Shown: positions 41,135 to 54,270, numbered from the whole stretch's first letter. The stretch: DNA of 63,329 nucleotides, filler included, from Reclinomonas americana ATCC 50394 (GCA_048213135.1; 12 parts of 12 records of this genome joined end to end with filler, not necessarily neighbours in it), one strand, 5' to 3'. Translations and numbers: made by a program. Notes: generated from the sequence alone by a model not told the origin.

Positions 41135-43910
41135 GCATGACAGATAAAATGTGGGACACGCGCACCCACTCAGTGACAGAGGGAATGTGTGAGAGAGAGA
41201 GAGAGAGCGGAACGGGGAGGATCAGATAATCTCGTTCACCCTCCTATTGCATGAAGAGTGCATTTCAAGGATGATGGGTGAATCGAGAGGGTGTGCGTAC
41301 ATGCTCTCCTGGCAATATCTCAAACGGTTGGGTGCGTCTCTCAGTCTGTGTGGACCACGAACACATCTTGCATCTTCTTCTCTTTCTCTCACTTCTCCAT
41401 TCACGCCAAGCTTCTTTGTTCTTCTGACTTACCATTTTTCTTCTGGCCTCTCTATCCACTACTCTGCTTCCTTTTCCCCCTACCCTTCCATTCTCTCCAT
41501 CCTCCTATCACATGTGTGGGTCGGCCTCAGAGCTTGCCTCCTCTTTCTCTCTTTCTCACTTCTCCTTGTAACCTCATTCTGTCGTTCATCGATCTCACCA
41601 TTTCTCTTTCTTCTGCTTCGTCTCCTACTCTTTCCACCACTCTGCTTCCCATTTTCCCCCTACCTTTACTCTTTCTCCGTCCTTCAGTCACTGGTTTCAG
41701 TCCTCTTCCTCGCAACTTGCTTTCCCTTCTCCTCTTCCCTCTCTCATCCCCCTGTCTCCTTCACCTCTCTGCACACTTCTCTTCACACCTCCTTTGTCTC
41801 AGTCTCACTGTACTCTCTCTCTCGCGCCCCTCTTCCCTTTACCCCTGTCCCCCCTTCGCCCCTCTTGCTCACCATCATACACCGCTCCACTCGCATAGAT
41901 AAACACGCCATGCCCATGCCGCATGTCATCGCGAAATTGTCCCGTGTACTTGCCGCCACCCATCGGATACCGAAACTCGCCACGCTGCAGGTGATCCAGT
42001 CGGAAACTGCCGTCAAACACACACCCGTTGCTCATCTCCAGCCGCCCACGACCGTGCCTCTGGTCCTCGGCCCACGTGCCCGTGTACACACTGCAGTCGC
42101 TGTAGTGGCAGCTGCCTTCGCCGTGCCGCTTGTCGTGCGCCCACATGCCTGGCGGGGGCGGTGAGTGGGGGGAGGGACAAGAAGAGAGGGCGGCGGTTAC
42201 CTTCGTATCGTGCTCCGTCCGTGTAGTAATGCGTCCCCCTTCCGTGTCGCATGTTGTGGTAAAATTCGCCCACGTAGATCTGGAGGAAAGGAGGGTGAGT
42301 GAATGTGTAACGCGCTTTCGTCCTTCACCTTTGTCGAACCTGCCCATTCGCATACTCGAATCGCCCCTCCGCAATCTCGTCCTTGATAAAGGTGCCAGAG
42401 AACTTGGAACCCTTTGTGGTCACAAAGGAGCCCATGCCGTGCCGCTGGTCGTTGCGCCAGTCGCCTGTCGCGAAGTTGGATGAGTACGTGACGAGGTGGG
42501 TGAGAGGATCGACAAGCGACTCACCAATGTATGTTCCATGCGGTCCAGTCAGTGTGCCGTGTCCGTTTCTCATACCGTGTGCAAACTCGCCCTCTGCAAT
42601 GATCGAGAGAAGGAGAGTGATGTGAGAGATAGAGGGAGAGAAACAGGGACAAGAGCCCACATCTCTTCTTCAATTCTGTCTCGTCATCTCACTATCCTCA
42701 GCAAGACAGAGGACGAGCATTACAACTCTCAGCAAGAAAGGACTGAGCGCCAGCATGAGCTCACATCTCCTCCTGTCTCTCAGTCTCACCCACTCTCGGG
42801 GTGCATCGCATATCCTCCTCCTCAACCCGCGCCTTTCCCTCTTGCGCCCACACAGAATGAACAAGGAGGCATCAATCAGCGACCTCTTCTCAGTCTCTCT
42901 TAACCTCGTTCGCACTCTCAGCCTGACTCTCCGCCTTGAACCCTTTCAGAATGAACACGCATTGCACGGCGCTTTCATCCCTCTCCCCCTCCCAGCAAGA
43001 AGGACACAGCTTCGAATGAATGCACAACTCTTGTGAATCCCTGTCTCCCTGACTCACGGAGCATCACACTTCGCTCACAAATCTCTCCCCTCAGCCTGCG
43101 CCTTTCCCACTCTCGCCCCTTCGAGGAAAGATAGAGGACGAAAGAGCAACGTAAAATCATCACTCTTGTTCAACAAAGTCACTCCGCATTGCGCTCTCAC
43201 AGCAAGACAAATAGCACGCATCACAAGGTGTTCTTATCCCTCTCCAGCAAGAAAGGACTGAGCTGCAACTTGAGGCCATCTGCCTGCCTCTCTACCCTGT
43301 CAACGAACACGCATTACAAGGTGTTCTCCAGCAAGAATAGACTGAGCTGCTACATGAGCCCACCTCCCCTCCTCAGCCCGTCTCTCAGTCTCAGGCAAGG
43401 CGGTGAACACGCAATCTTATCTCTCTCCCTCCCTCCCCGCAAGGTGGAGAAGAAACCAATTACTGAGCCCACAAGTCCGTCTAGTTTGGCACTATCTCAC
43501 TTCCCAGCATCGCACACTCGCCAAGGCTAGGCACCCTTCACTCCCACCCTTCCCACAAGTCCGTCTCCTTTCTCTTCTATCGACAGCCTTCCCTCTCTTC
43601 TCCTCCCACCCTTCCCTCTCCTTCTCACCATATGCAGATCCATCGGGAAAGTGCAGCACGCCATGATACACTGTCGACGCCTCCAAATCCGCCTCCAGCA
43701 ACTGTCGCTGTGGCGACATGCGCCTCGGCGATTGTCGCTGTTGCAATAACTGTTGATCGGCGTCGAGCTCAGCGCGTTCTCGGAGCTGGGAGAGAAGAGG
43801 AGAAGAGTGAGGACTGCTTCGATATTATCGACATCTGAGTGAGGAGAGAGAGAGGGACGAGGAGGCAGAGAGGAGAGGGCTTTCTTCAATATCTTGGCTG
43901 CTGATTGTGA
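40168..43910 (-). CDS. MORN-repeat protein; multi-exon, 5' end uncertain (possibly beyond the gap, near 45140)
   Basis: More than 10 YxGxWxxDxRHGxG repeats across exons. Confidence 0.9.
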
Positions 43911-44615
43911 TCCGAGGGAGTGAGAGAGAGAGAGAGGCAGAGGGAGAGCGCGCGTGAGGACAGTCAGAGAATGCCTGAGTGACAGAGAGAAAGACCTGAG
44001 CGATCTGCTGAGAAAAGATGAGAAGATCAAGAACACCACGACTCGCCTCTCTCCCACACTGACTCCTGCTGAGGCACTAGAGGGACCTCTCCTCTCACAC
44101 ACTCTCCTCTTCCTCCTCTCTCTCTCTCTCTCTCTCTCTCCCTCTCTCTCTCTCTGTTTCTTTTCAGTCCCTTCCACTCCATTCTCATCTGTTTCATCCT
44201 TCTCTCAATACTCCACGCGCTGTTCCTCTTTCCATCTTCTCTCTGGTTTTCTTCAACCCCTTCCAACATTCTCATCCGTCTCACCTCCCTCTCAACACTC
44301 CATCTGCTGTGTTCATCTTCCCCTCTTTCTCTCTCTTTCTTTCAATCCGTTGCACTGCATTCTCATCTGTCTCACCTCCCTCTCAACGCTCCATGTGCTG
44401 TGTTTTCTGTAACTTGTCCGCCTTGTACTCTCACATCCCTGATCTCCTCTTCTCTCTGTTCCCCCGCGACATCCATGCAGCATCTTCTCGCTCTCTCTCT
44501 CTCTCTTTCTCTCTCTCCTCATTCCGTACCTCTGATCTTTCACTCTCCTATCCATACCTGTACCATTCTTCCGACTTGTCCGTTGCCACCTCGTCTTCTG
44601 TCCTAATCCTTTGTC

Positions 44616-44710
<95 letters not shown>

Positions 44711-45546
44711 CGTACTACTCGTACTCTCGTACGTACTACGTACGTACGTACGTACGTACGTCGTACGTCCGTACGTACGTACCGTACCGTACGTACNNNN
44801 NNNNNNNNNNNNNNNNNNNNNNNNNNNNNNNNNNNNNNNNTTAATTAATTAANNNNNNNNNNNNNNNNNNNNNNNNNNNNNNNNNNNNNNNNNNNNCCCG
44901 AACCGTACCGTCCGTCCTTCCTCCCCTACCCACTACGTACCTCCGTCTCGTGGACGACTACGTAGGACGTACTCCTCTCCACACCTCTCCTCCTTCCTCC
45001 TCTCTCTCTCTCTCTCTCTCTCCCCACGTCTCTCTTCTCACTCTCTCTCTCTCTCTCCCCTTCCTGCGCAACATGGCGAGTGGCATCGATGGACGAGTAC
45101 ACCAACCCGGGCGTGGGTGTGGTCACTTGGTCGGCCAGCATCCGCGAAGAGACAGCGTGAGTGAGTGAGAGTGTGTTCGACGTTGGGTGAGAGGCGTTGT
45201 GGGACTCGGCGACGTCGATGATGAATGAGGGTCCACTGCGTTGATTGTCGCTCGCTTTGTAGTAGCAAGTAGTTGGTAGAGCCAGTGCCTTTGTTTGCTT
45301 GCAGTGGAGCTTGCCAGCAACGTCGCTCTCGATTGTGTTCGGAAACTGCACCGGTTTTCGATATCTCCAGCTCCAACGACGTTGTCTTGGTCGCCCAAGT
45401 CCAAACCATGTTGAAACCGTCAACACAAGCACAGTCCTTGAAGGCAATAGGTTTCCTTGTGTCGAACCAGTCGAGAACTGACACGCTTGCAATTGGAAAT
45501 TTGTCGCAATATCGAAAAGTGGTATGAAGTGTTTTTCTTTCTTTTG

Positions 45547-45800
45547 TCGGCAACAACAACAAATTCATTCCCCAACCAACAAGCAACAGCTGTCCTGATG
45601 ACCAAGTTCAACCGTATCCAAAACATCAACACAGGCAGCAGCAGGTTCCTTGTGTGTGTGTGTGTTCGCGCGCTCTCGGAGCTCCGAACAAGTCGAGAAC
45701 TGCGATCTTCACCGCAAAAGCGTGGTTGACCAGTGGATTTGACGCACTTGCATAGACGCATAGCGTTTTCTGCGATCGCACACGGCACATCGAATTCGGG
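45547..45800 (+). mobile_element. Dispersed repeat family, near full-length copy
   Basis: Colinear high identity with 39835-40092 and 60298-60463. Confidence 0.75.
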
Positions 45801-46243
45801 AAAAGGCCAAAAGCCAGGCAAACAAAGCAAAGCAGGGTCCGGATCCGTGAAGCAGGCAGAGCAAAAGCAGTGGAGGTGTCGTACGTTGGTGGCGTGGTTG
45901 AAACAGGAGAGAGCTTGTCATGTTGTTGGTGAGGCTCATATCGGTGGTGGCTGGTGGTGGGCGCAGTTGTTGTTGTTGTCATTGTCGACACTGTGACACC
46001 CACTGACCGGTGGCCACACAGTGAGAAACAAGAGGACTGAGGGTTGAAGACGACGTTGACCACAGACACAATGTTGTTGTTGTTGTTCGTCATTATGTTA
46101 TGTACAGTGATGGCGGTGGAGGGGAAGAACGTGGAAGACATGCTGGTTGCGTGAAAGCAGAGCCAGAGTCAGCATTTGACACTCGATATGTGCATACGAT
46201 ATGCTTGCAAGCGTTTATTCAACGAAGCAAGCCCTGTCGCTCA

Positions 46244-47259
46244 CTACTGTGGAGTCAGCAGCTTGTATGTCTTGGCCCACTGCAACGGCGATGTGAGCAG
46301 ACAAGTGCGTGTGTCTTAAAAATTCGCTGCCGTATCAATATTAGTACCTGTCCGCGCAGGAAGCCTGTCGTGCACCACAACCGGCAGAGCGCCTCCAAAG
46401 CACGTCCCGACTCGGCAAAGCCGGCGTCTTCGGCCACATAGCCGCCCTGCCGTTGCGCAGAAGTGAGTGGCCACGGTTTCGTGCATACCGATATCGAAAT
46501 CGTTGATATCGATCTCACTTACCGCCTTGACGAGCTCTGCCACCACCTCCTTGGCACCGGCATCGTTTCCAGCAATGAACATGGTGGCAGGGCCACCGGG
46601 GAACGCATTGCCCTTGTCAAACATGCCGGCGCCCACCGTGTTGAAGGCCTTGACGAAGCGAATGCGCGGGTACGTCTCCTGCAGCACCTCCAGCAGGCTC
46701 TTGTTGATGTCAGTGAAGTAGTTGAAGACGCCGTTCTCGAGTGGAGCGTCCGCAATCGGGTTAGTCTGCGCGCGTCGCGAGAGAAAGGCAGTGAGCCGGC
46801 GAAGCATCGATGTATCGGGACTCAACACTCAGCGCAGCGCAACAGCATCAATGACAATCTTGTCGCCAATCAGCTCAGCCAGAGGCTCCACAGCAGCAAC
46901 TGCAGCCGTGCCCTTCACAGCCAGCAGGACCACATCAGCCGACTGCACAGCGTCGGCATTGGTGGCCGTCTTGATGCCAATCGAGGAGGCAAAGTCGGCC
47001 AATTTCTCCGGTTCGCGACTGTGGGTGCAGCAGAGCGCGGATCGTTATTTTCTGTGCATCGCGTTGTGCGTGTGTGCGTATACCTGGCAATGGTCACGTC
47101 ATAGCCACCGCTCTTGAAGACGGAAGCGAGGGCCTGCAGGTGCAGCACTGTTAGTCACCGCAGCGCGCGTGCAGAGAGCGCAAGTGCGCGCGACAGACAT
47201 GCCTTGGCCACATCACCAGAGCCGATGATGGCGAGGCTCTTGACAGCAGAAGCAGACAT
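46244..47259 (-). CDS. NADP oxidoreductase, F420-dependent/dinucleotide-binding family; 6 exons
   Basis: Spliced LAIIGSGDVAK|ALASVF..IA|SREP..ADVVLLAVK..KIVIDA|TNPI..VKAFNTVG..MFIAGND..ALEALCRLWC. Confidence 0.9.
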
Positions 47260-47705
47260 GGGGTCAGTGTGTGTAAAAGGAGATCCGGAGGTGATGAGCT
47301 TCGCTCAAGAGACAACAATGATGCAAAGATGCTATTTTGTCTTTCTCTCGGGTCGCCCTCTCTCGGAAGTTGGCTCCGAACTTGCGAGCAGTGTACATGT
47401 TCTCTCTTATGACCCCGTACGACTGTTGCGAGCTGCCCGATAAGCAGTTGGCCATGCATGGTCGGCAAAAGGGGTAGAAGAATTACAAAGACGTGCACGT
47501 TATTCAACAGCCAAGATGCTAGCGCTATTTGTCTTTCTTCAGGTCGCCCTCTGGAGGCTGTACGGGGGATATGGCATACCCGCATTCCCCACTTCCCGTT
47601 GGTTGTTTGCAGGGATTGCTGTAACAGAAGAACCCGACAGCTTCATGATAACTCCATTAATATTGACAGACGCACAATGTCGGTGTGTTGTACGTATTGT
47701 TTGTT

Positions 47706-47707
47706 TG

Positions 47708-47778
<71 letters not shown>

Positions 47779-47905
47779 CGCTCTCGGAGCTTCGAACAAC
47801 TGCAAGTCGAGAACTGCGATCTTCGAATTCACCGCACAAGCCTGCAACAGTGCATTTGGCGCATTTGCTTGGAGGCGCAGCGTTTTCTGCGATCATACAC
47901 GGTAC
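47706..47905 (+). mobile_element. Dispersed repeat family, 3' half copy preceded by an expanded (GT)n
   Basis: GTTCGCTCTCGGAGCTTCGAACAA..GTCGAGAACTGCGATCTTC..GCGTTTTCTGCGATC. Confidence 0.7.
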
Positions 47906-48289
47906 ATCCACGGGAAACGACAAATTCGACGCAAGAGAGCAGTGGAGAGAAAGCGTAAAAGTGATAATCCGAAGAGCAACGTGGATCAATTGAGAGAAAC
48001 GAGAGACCTCTGAGACAGCCCGCCACACAACGGTCTCCATCTGTAGTAGATGGAGCTCGCCCAAAGTCCCCTCAGATCACCAACCCCTCCACCCTTATGC
48101 CGACGACGGCGTTCAACATTCATCCATTACCCCTCATTCTCCATCGAAATCCTTGACCATTCTCATTACCCTCTCATCTTTTCCCTCAGCATAGCACTTC
48201 ACCCTTCCCCGTAACCCCTTCCCCCCTTCCCCCCTTCTCCACCCTTCCCCCCTACCCCTTCCACCCTTTCCCTCTACCTTCCCTTTCCT

Positions 48290-49851
48290 TCACTCCCCCT
48301 CCACCAACCTCTCCTCTAACACCTCCGCACACAACCGCAACCTCGCCAACCTACTATTCTCATACACCACCCACAACGCCGCCACCACACACTCCACATT
48401 CGCCAGCGTCGCCTCCGACAACTCCGCCTCCCGCTCCACCATCTCGTCCTCCAACGCCATGGCCACGGTCGACAACTGCAGCAACTCCATGCGCAGCACC
48501 TGCACCGGCACGCAGTGCGACACAGAGTCGATCTCGTAGGCCACGCCGAATCTGGCCAGCGTCGACGACGCCGTTACCTCCTCCTCGTCCTCCTCCTCCC
48601 CATCTCGCCTTGCTGGCTGCAGCATCACGTGCGACAAGCGCGGGCAGTCGGTGTGCGGCAGCAGCACGGCGGCCGAGCCACGACGCGGACGCAAAACGAA
48701 TCGTCCATAGTGGTTCGTGTGGCCCACAACGTCGGCCGTGAACTGCGCCGTGTGCGTGAAGCAGCGAATCGTGCTGTGGCTAAGCATCTGCGCCTGCACC
48801 AGAGTGCACTCCACCTGCACGTGCAGACGGAGGGCGCGATCCGGCGGCTTGCGCTGCCACGACTCGCACACGACCGTGCCGGGCGCCACCATGTGCGGCG
48901 ACAGCCGACTGCACTGCACCACCACCAGCTCGTTGGCCTCGGCGAAATCCTCCACCGCGCGCCCACAATGCAACGAGTACAGGCTGCTGATCTGCACGTC
49001 GACGTTGCTCGGCGTCAGCATATACGTGCGTCCACGCACCATTTGCCCGGCCACGACCAGGCACACCAGCCACGTGACGCCCAGGCCCAGCTGCTGCTGC
49101 TGTGACTGCGCCACTGCATATACACACGCACGCAGTGGTTGCTCATGCTCCTCTTCTCCTCCTCCCACCTGCAGCTGTCGTCGTGCCAACACCGGCGTCC
49201 ACTCCAAGGCCGCCAGCAACGCCTGCCGCTCGTCCGCCCACACCAATGCCGTCTGCCGGAACCCGAACCGTTGCAGCGCACGAAACAGGTCACTAAAGTC
49301 GACCGCTGACTCCACCGCCGGTCGCGTCCACTGCGGACGACCACCGCTGTCACCAATCGCAAAGACCACACTGGTGCAGCCAAAGCCGGCGGCCTCGCGC
49401 AACATGCGGATCAGCTCCTCGTTGGTGGAGACGCTGTGGCGGTGCTCCCAGCTCACAGGCACCAGCAGCACGTTGGCGAGGAAGCAAAAGACGCGTCGCA
49501 TCTGGGCGTCGTCGGGACGAGTGATAAAGAGCGCTGTGCGAGAGTGTGGAAGGCGCTGTGGTACGGCCCAGGCGGGAAGCTCGCGGGTGATGGTGCTGGC
49601 ATCGTCCTCTGCTTCTGCTTCTTCTTCTGCTTGTGGTGCGAGGAGGAGGAGGGAGCGGATGCGGTCGATGAGTGCGGACGCGAGAGGGTCGGCGGTGGGA
49701 GGAGGTGTGAGGATGGTGATGGTGAGGGGAGGGCAGGAGGAGGTGGAGGTGGAGGAGGTGTCGATGGGCTGTGCGTGGAGAAGAGAGTGAGAGGGGAGAG
49801 GGGAAGAGAGAGAAGGCGGTGCGTGTGAACCTTTCTCGATGTGTTTCCCAT
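48290..49851 (-). CDS. Highly divergent eEF1A/EF-Tu-fold protein with degenerate G domain and C-terminal helical tail; exons 49851-49831 and 49768-48290
   Basis: Domain II PLRACVYAV..GLGV..VVAGQM..MLTPSN..VAPGTVVCES; domain III PPDRA..VQV..THTAQF..DCPRLSHVML..TLARFGVAYEID colinear with eEF1A; no P-loop; starts MGNTSRK. Confidence 0.7.
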
Positions 49852-50441
49852 TTTTGGTTTTTATCCGCGTGTCACGCGACGTTTTTAGTCGCACGCAGTA
49901 CGACAGCGGATGCATTGAGAGGTTCTGTGACAGTGCGCTGCTGCCCTCGGAGACAGCGAGAGCGAGAGCGAGAAGGAATTCGTGATCAATCGTCGACGTC
50001 GACGTCGCGGTATTCGATCCCTCTCCTCCTTCATGCGCATGCGCTCGTACACCAAGCTGTCGCGATAGTAGTATAGGGTCCAGAAGCGTACGTTGAGCAG
50101 GAGACGCACTGGGATCCGGTTGAGTTCTTCATCCGCCTCGCTGATCGATCGATATCGCGACGTCGCGATTGACAAGTACAGCCAGCCTCCCTCGCTCGAC
50201 TTTGGGTTGAAGGCAACGTCGACCACAGAACACAGCAGTGTTGTTGTTGTTGTTCTTACTTGATGTGGAGAAGAGAGGGACGTCGTTCGTGAGGTGTCCG
50301 CCAACAACGCTGCGGGACGGAGTAGAGCGGAAAAACAGAAAAAAAGAGCAAGCGGAGCCTTCAGTCCGCAGACTGTTTCCCTATTTCTCTCTGTGTGCAT
50401 GCGTGTGGAGAGAGAGATATTCGCTTCAGCTGCTGTAAGAA

Positions 50442-50867
50442 ATGAGGTGAGCTTCGTTGCTGCTCGCTCTGGTGAACTCCTCCTGTCTCTCTCTCTTCTC
50501 TGCTTGAATCATGTGCGCCTTTGTTAATGTATCACTGTGTCGGCAGTGCCCGTCCGGAGAGAGTTGATGAGCTGGTGCGCGATGCTTCCCAAAGAGGTGC
50601 GTGTGTGTGCAATTTTATACGCTGTCAATCTGCTTTCTTGCACACCACCTGTTTATGGGCACTTATTTGCTCGACACCGTTTGGATTCAGCTGAGGCGAC
50701 AAACGCTGCTTTCGAGGCGCAGGCTGTGCGGGCGCTGTGCGTCGGAGACTGGCTGTGGAAACACCAATTCTTCAAAAGCATGTCACGTGCCGAGCGCTGG
50801 GTGCAACTCTCGGCTGACCGCACGACGATTTCATGGGGGCCCTCCAAGGGCTCCAGGAAATCAACTT
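50442..50867 (+). CDS. 5' exons of a PH-domain protein (Mcp5/Num1-like PH); truncated by gap, possibly the 5' end of the downstream kinase
   Basis: Spliced MSARPERVDELVRDASQR|AEATNAAFEAQAVRALCVGDWLWKH..ERWVQLSADRTTISWG. Confidence 0.65.
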
Positions 50868-50890
50868 GTTCGTGGCCCTCATTCTACTTG

Positions 50891-50965
<75 letters not shown>

Positions 50966-51164
50966 AGTCGTTCGTTACGTTTGTTGTTTAGTTTAATTAA
51001 CGTACGTTACCGTTCCGTCGACACGTGGTCGTCGTCGGTCCGGACCGTAGTTACGTTCGTAGTTNNNNNNNNNNNNNNNNNNNNNNNNNNNNNNNNNNNN
51101 NNNNNNNNTTAATTAATTAANNNNNNNNNNNNNNNNNNNNNNNNNNNNNNNNNNNNNNNNNNNN

Positions 51165-51260
<96 letters not shown>

Positions 51261-53273
51261 GCAGCAGCAGCAACAACAACAACGACAACAGCAACAGCGA
51301 CAACAACAACCATGGTCGGCACCGAACCAGGAGCAGGTGAGACCGCTTTGCCACTGTGAAGTCCAGTAAGCGTTCTTCTCAAGTTGTAGTGTATGCTTTC
51401 CTCTGCTCCGTTGCGCAGGCCGCTAACGCCGCGGTCCATGCCCAACTCCAGCGCGATCTTGCCGCGGGGCGGCAGGAGCGTGAAGAACTACGGCGTGAGT
51501 TGGATTGTCAGCGACAAAAGCATCAGGACATAGTGGCGCAGTTCCAGCGAACCAACACCGAATGGCAGCGAGTGCACGCTGCTGCTCAGCAAGAGAATGC
51601 CCAACTGCAACGAGACAAGGCAGAAAGCCAGCAGCAACTCGATCAACTGCAGCAAAGCCTGGCCCAGCTGCAACAAACCAACGTCGAATTGCAACATGCG
51701 AATGCCGAATTGCAACGTGCTTATGATCTGCAGCAAACTCAGATTGTTACTGCTCTGCGCGACAAGGACGCCCTTGCCACCCAGCTGCAAGAAAAGGATC
51801 AAGTGGTCTCGCGTCTGCAACAGGAACTACTTCTTGCTCTTGGTTTGCATGTGCTTTTCCCTCTTGATTCTTTACAGGTGTGGCTCTCTTCACCGTTCCT
51901 CACTCGTAAGCATCTTGTGCAGTGGACACCTCAGTACAACGCTACGAGTGGCCAGAGATCGTACAGGCCACCAACTCATTCTCAGAAGGGTGTCGGGTTG
52001 GCGAGGGTGGCCAGGGTGCTGTCTACCTCACCTACCTCCGCGAGAATTACGTGGCCATCAAGGTGCTCGACCCCGCGGCTCCGTGGACCATTTCGTCGTT
52101 TGAGAGCGAGGTGCTCCCCCTTGCTGCTGTACGTCATTTTGTGTTTGGTGCTCATCGATTTCGTTGCCTTTTCTCAGGTGGCTACTCTCGGGCGCCTGCG
52201 CTACCACCGAATCGTCCCTCTCGTCGGCTACTCTGTCGGTGTCGACAAGGAGCGCTGTCTCGTGTACAAGGCATTGCAGTACGTGTTCATCTCCTTGGAT
52301 TAGGTGTTTCTGTGTTAATCGCCCTCACTGTCGACTCGACAGAGTCCCCAACCTGGAGAATATGTTGTTGCTACCACGAGCCGGGCAAGCGCCACTCACG
52401 GTAATACAGCGTGTGCAAATCGGTCTCGGACTCGCCGAGGCCGTCGTGTTTCTGCACAAGGTAAACGACGCTGCTGAGAAGTGTACGTTCATCGTCTTAC
52501 TGCCTTTTTGCAGAACAATGTGGTGCACCGCGACATCAAACCCTCGAATGTTCTTCTCGATCACCGACTGGAGCCGTGTCTCGGTGACTTTGGTGTCGCT
52601 CGATCGATTGCAGATGGCAAGGTGTGCGGATTGTCCCCTCCTCTCTCTCTCTCTCCCTCTCTACTCCCTCCCTCCCTCTTGCAGTTGGTCATGCACTTGG
52701 ATTCTTGTCTTGCTGACCGTTCATGTCTCGCTCTCTCATTTTTCTCGTGCTTTCATGCTATTTTGTGTCCTTCTAGAATTCTCATCATAGCTAATCTTGT
52801 CTCCATTTTTCTTCTTTTTCTTCCCCCCCTCCTCTCTCTCTGCACGTCTCTCTTTCCGTCACTCGTTGTTGTTCATCCCTCTCACATTTCGTCTACAGAT
52901 GACTGCTGCTGCCGGCACGCTGGACTACATGGACCCTCTGGCCATGCGAGTGAGATCCCCGCACCCGGAACACGATATTTATAGCATGGGCATTGTGCTG
53001 GTGCAACTGGTGACTGCCAAGCCAGTGGAAACTGTCGTGAGTTGGTCCGTTACATGGGATCGCTCTGGCGCCGCCGCTCTGCGCCCCATGGAACTGGTGG
53101 ACCGTGGCAGCGACCGCACCGTGGAGTGGACGCCGCGCATTGCCGAACCAATGTTCGAGCTCGGCATGCGATGCATGACCATGCGGCCGGATCGGCCGAC
53201 AGCGCAAGAGATGTTGGATGTGATGCGCACACTGCGCGAGGTTTGCGGGCAATTTACGTTGCTGCTTGACTGA
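51165..53273 (+). CDS. PolyQ - coiled coil - IRAK/Pelle-type kinase; 5' end in gap
   Basis: (CAA)n exon, Q-rich coiled coil, YEWPEIVQATNSFS..GEGGQGAVY..VAIKVL..RCLVY..HRDIKPSNVLLD..LGDFGVAR..GTLDYMDP; most intron positions shared with the 27804-31196 kinase. Confidence 0.9.
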
Positions 53274-53384
53274 TGGATTTTTCCTCTCTCTCTTTCTGGG
53301 ATTGTTGCTGCAAGAATAAGTTATCGACGAACTCAACTGTGAACGCGATGACTTGTCGACGTGTAGCCTTGCTGTGAATTGGCG

Positions 53385-53470
53385 TTGATGTTTTGACAGG
53401 GTTAGCGTCGTACTTGGCCATCATGGCAGCTATTGCCTGTTTGTTGGTGAATGAATTTGTTGCTGTTGTT
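53385..53470 (-). mobile_element. Dispersed repeat family, diverged 5' fragment
   Basis: Reverse complement CAAATTCATTCACCAACAAACAGGCAATAGCTGCCATGATGGCCAAGT. Confidence 0.65.
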
Positions 53471-53808
53471 GCGCGCGCTGCGATCCCTGATCGGCGTAGA
53501 CAGCCTCTCTCGCTCGTACAACGGAACTCGTAGTTCGGAAACCACGTGTACGAGCGGGTCCAGAAGGTTAACACCCTCTGTCTTGCCTGTTTTTTTCCGT
53601 CAAAGAGACGAATTCGAATTCGAAANNNNNNNNNNNNNNNNNNNNNNNNNNNNNNNNNNNNNNNNNNNNTTAATTAATTAANNNNNNNNNNNNNNNNNNN
53701 NNNNNNNNNNNNNNNNNNNNNNNNNCCTCCCTCCCTCCCTCCCTCCCTCCCTCCCTCCCTCCCTCCCTCCCTCCCTTTACCCCCTTTCCCTTCTCCCCCC
53801 TCGCGCAG

Positions 53809-54270
53809 CCCCGCTTCGTGGAAGACGTGGAGCGCACAATGTCACTCCTGGCATTCGGCCTCATGGCCCCGGCAGCTGGCGAGGGAGGTGCCGGTGCCGC
53901 TGGCTCCTCCGCCGGCCTCCCCGAGAGTCTGATTCCGCCCGAGTCGGCCTCGCTGCTGGACATTACGCACCGACAGCAGGTCGGCGCCGCCCTCAACGCC
54001 GCCATTCTGCAGTCGCAGTCACACGACCAAAGTTGCGCTCTTTCTCGACTATCATCCTCTCTCTTGTCATCGCGTGTCTTACTCTCTCCTGCCCCCTTTT
54101 CCTCAGACGCCAAGCTGCCGATTCTGTTGAAAATCCTGGTGTGGGCACAGAAGCGACTCAGCGAACGCTACGAGTTCCCCGTCATGTCGAGCTTTGCGGG
54201 CACGGTGTTTGCTGGTGGCTCTGGTGCTTCGGCGTCGGCCGCGGCCGCCGCCAGTGGCAGTGGTCGTTGA
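53809..54270 (+). CDS. GID8: GID8/TWA1 (CTLH/GID E3 complex subunit), 3' exons (CRA domain)
   Basis: VERTMSLLAF..LLDITHRQQVGAALNAAILQSQSHDQ|NAKLPILLKILVWAQKRL..FPVM. Confidence 0.88.
   Translation, partial: PRFVEDVERTMSLLAFGLMAPAAGEGGAGAAGSSAGLPESLIPPESASLLDITHRQQVGAALNAAILQSQSHDQSCALSRLSSSLLSSRVLLSPAPFSSDAKLPILLKILVWAQKRLSERYEFPVMSSFAGTVFAGGSGASASAAAAASGSGR

Noticed and set aside
45590..45630. Hammerhead-like CTGATGA...GAAAC in the dispersed repeat
   Set aside because: No stem II can form; CTGATGA and GAAAC never co-occur in one copy
49885..50400. 171-aa minus-strand ORF
   Set aside because: Lies in a palindrome-rich divergent promoter with no recognisable motif; the downstream gene has a better start at 49851
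53254..53574. ORFs through the dispersed repeat (TNSFTNKQATAV...)
   Set aside because: Differences between copies are mostly nonsynonymous or frameshifting, so there is no sign of coding constraint
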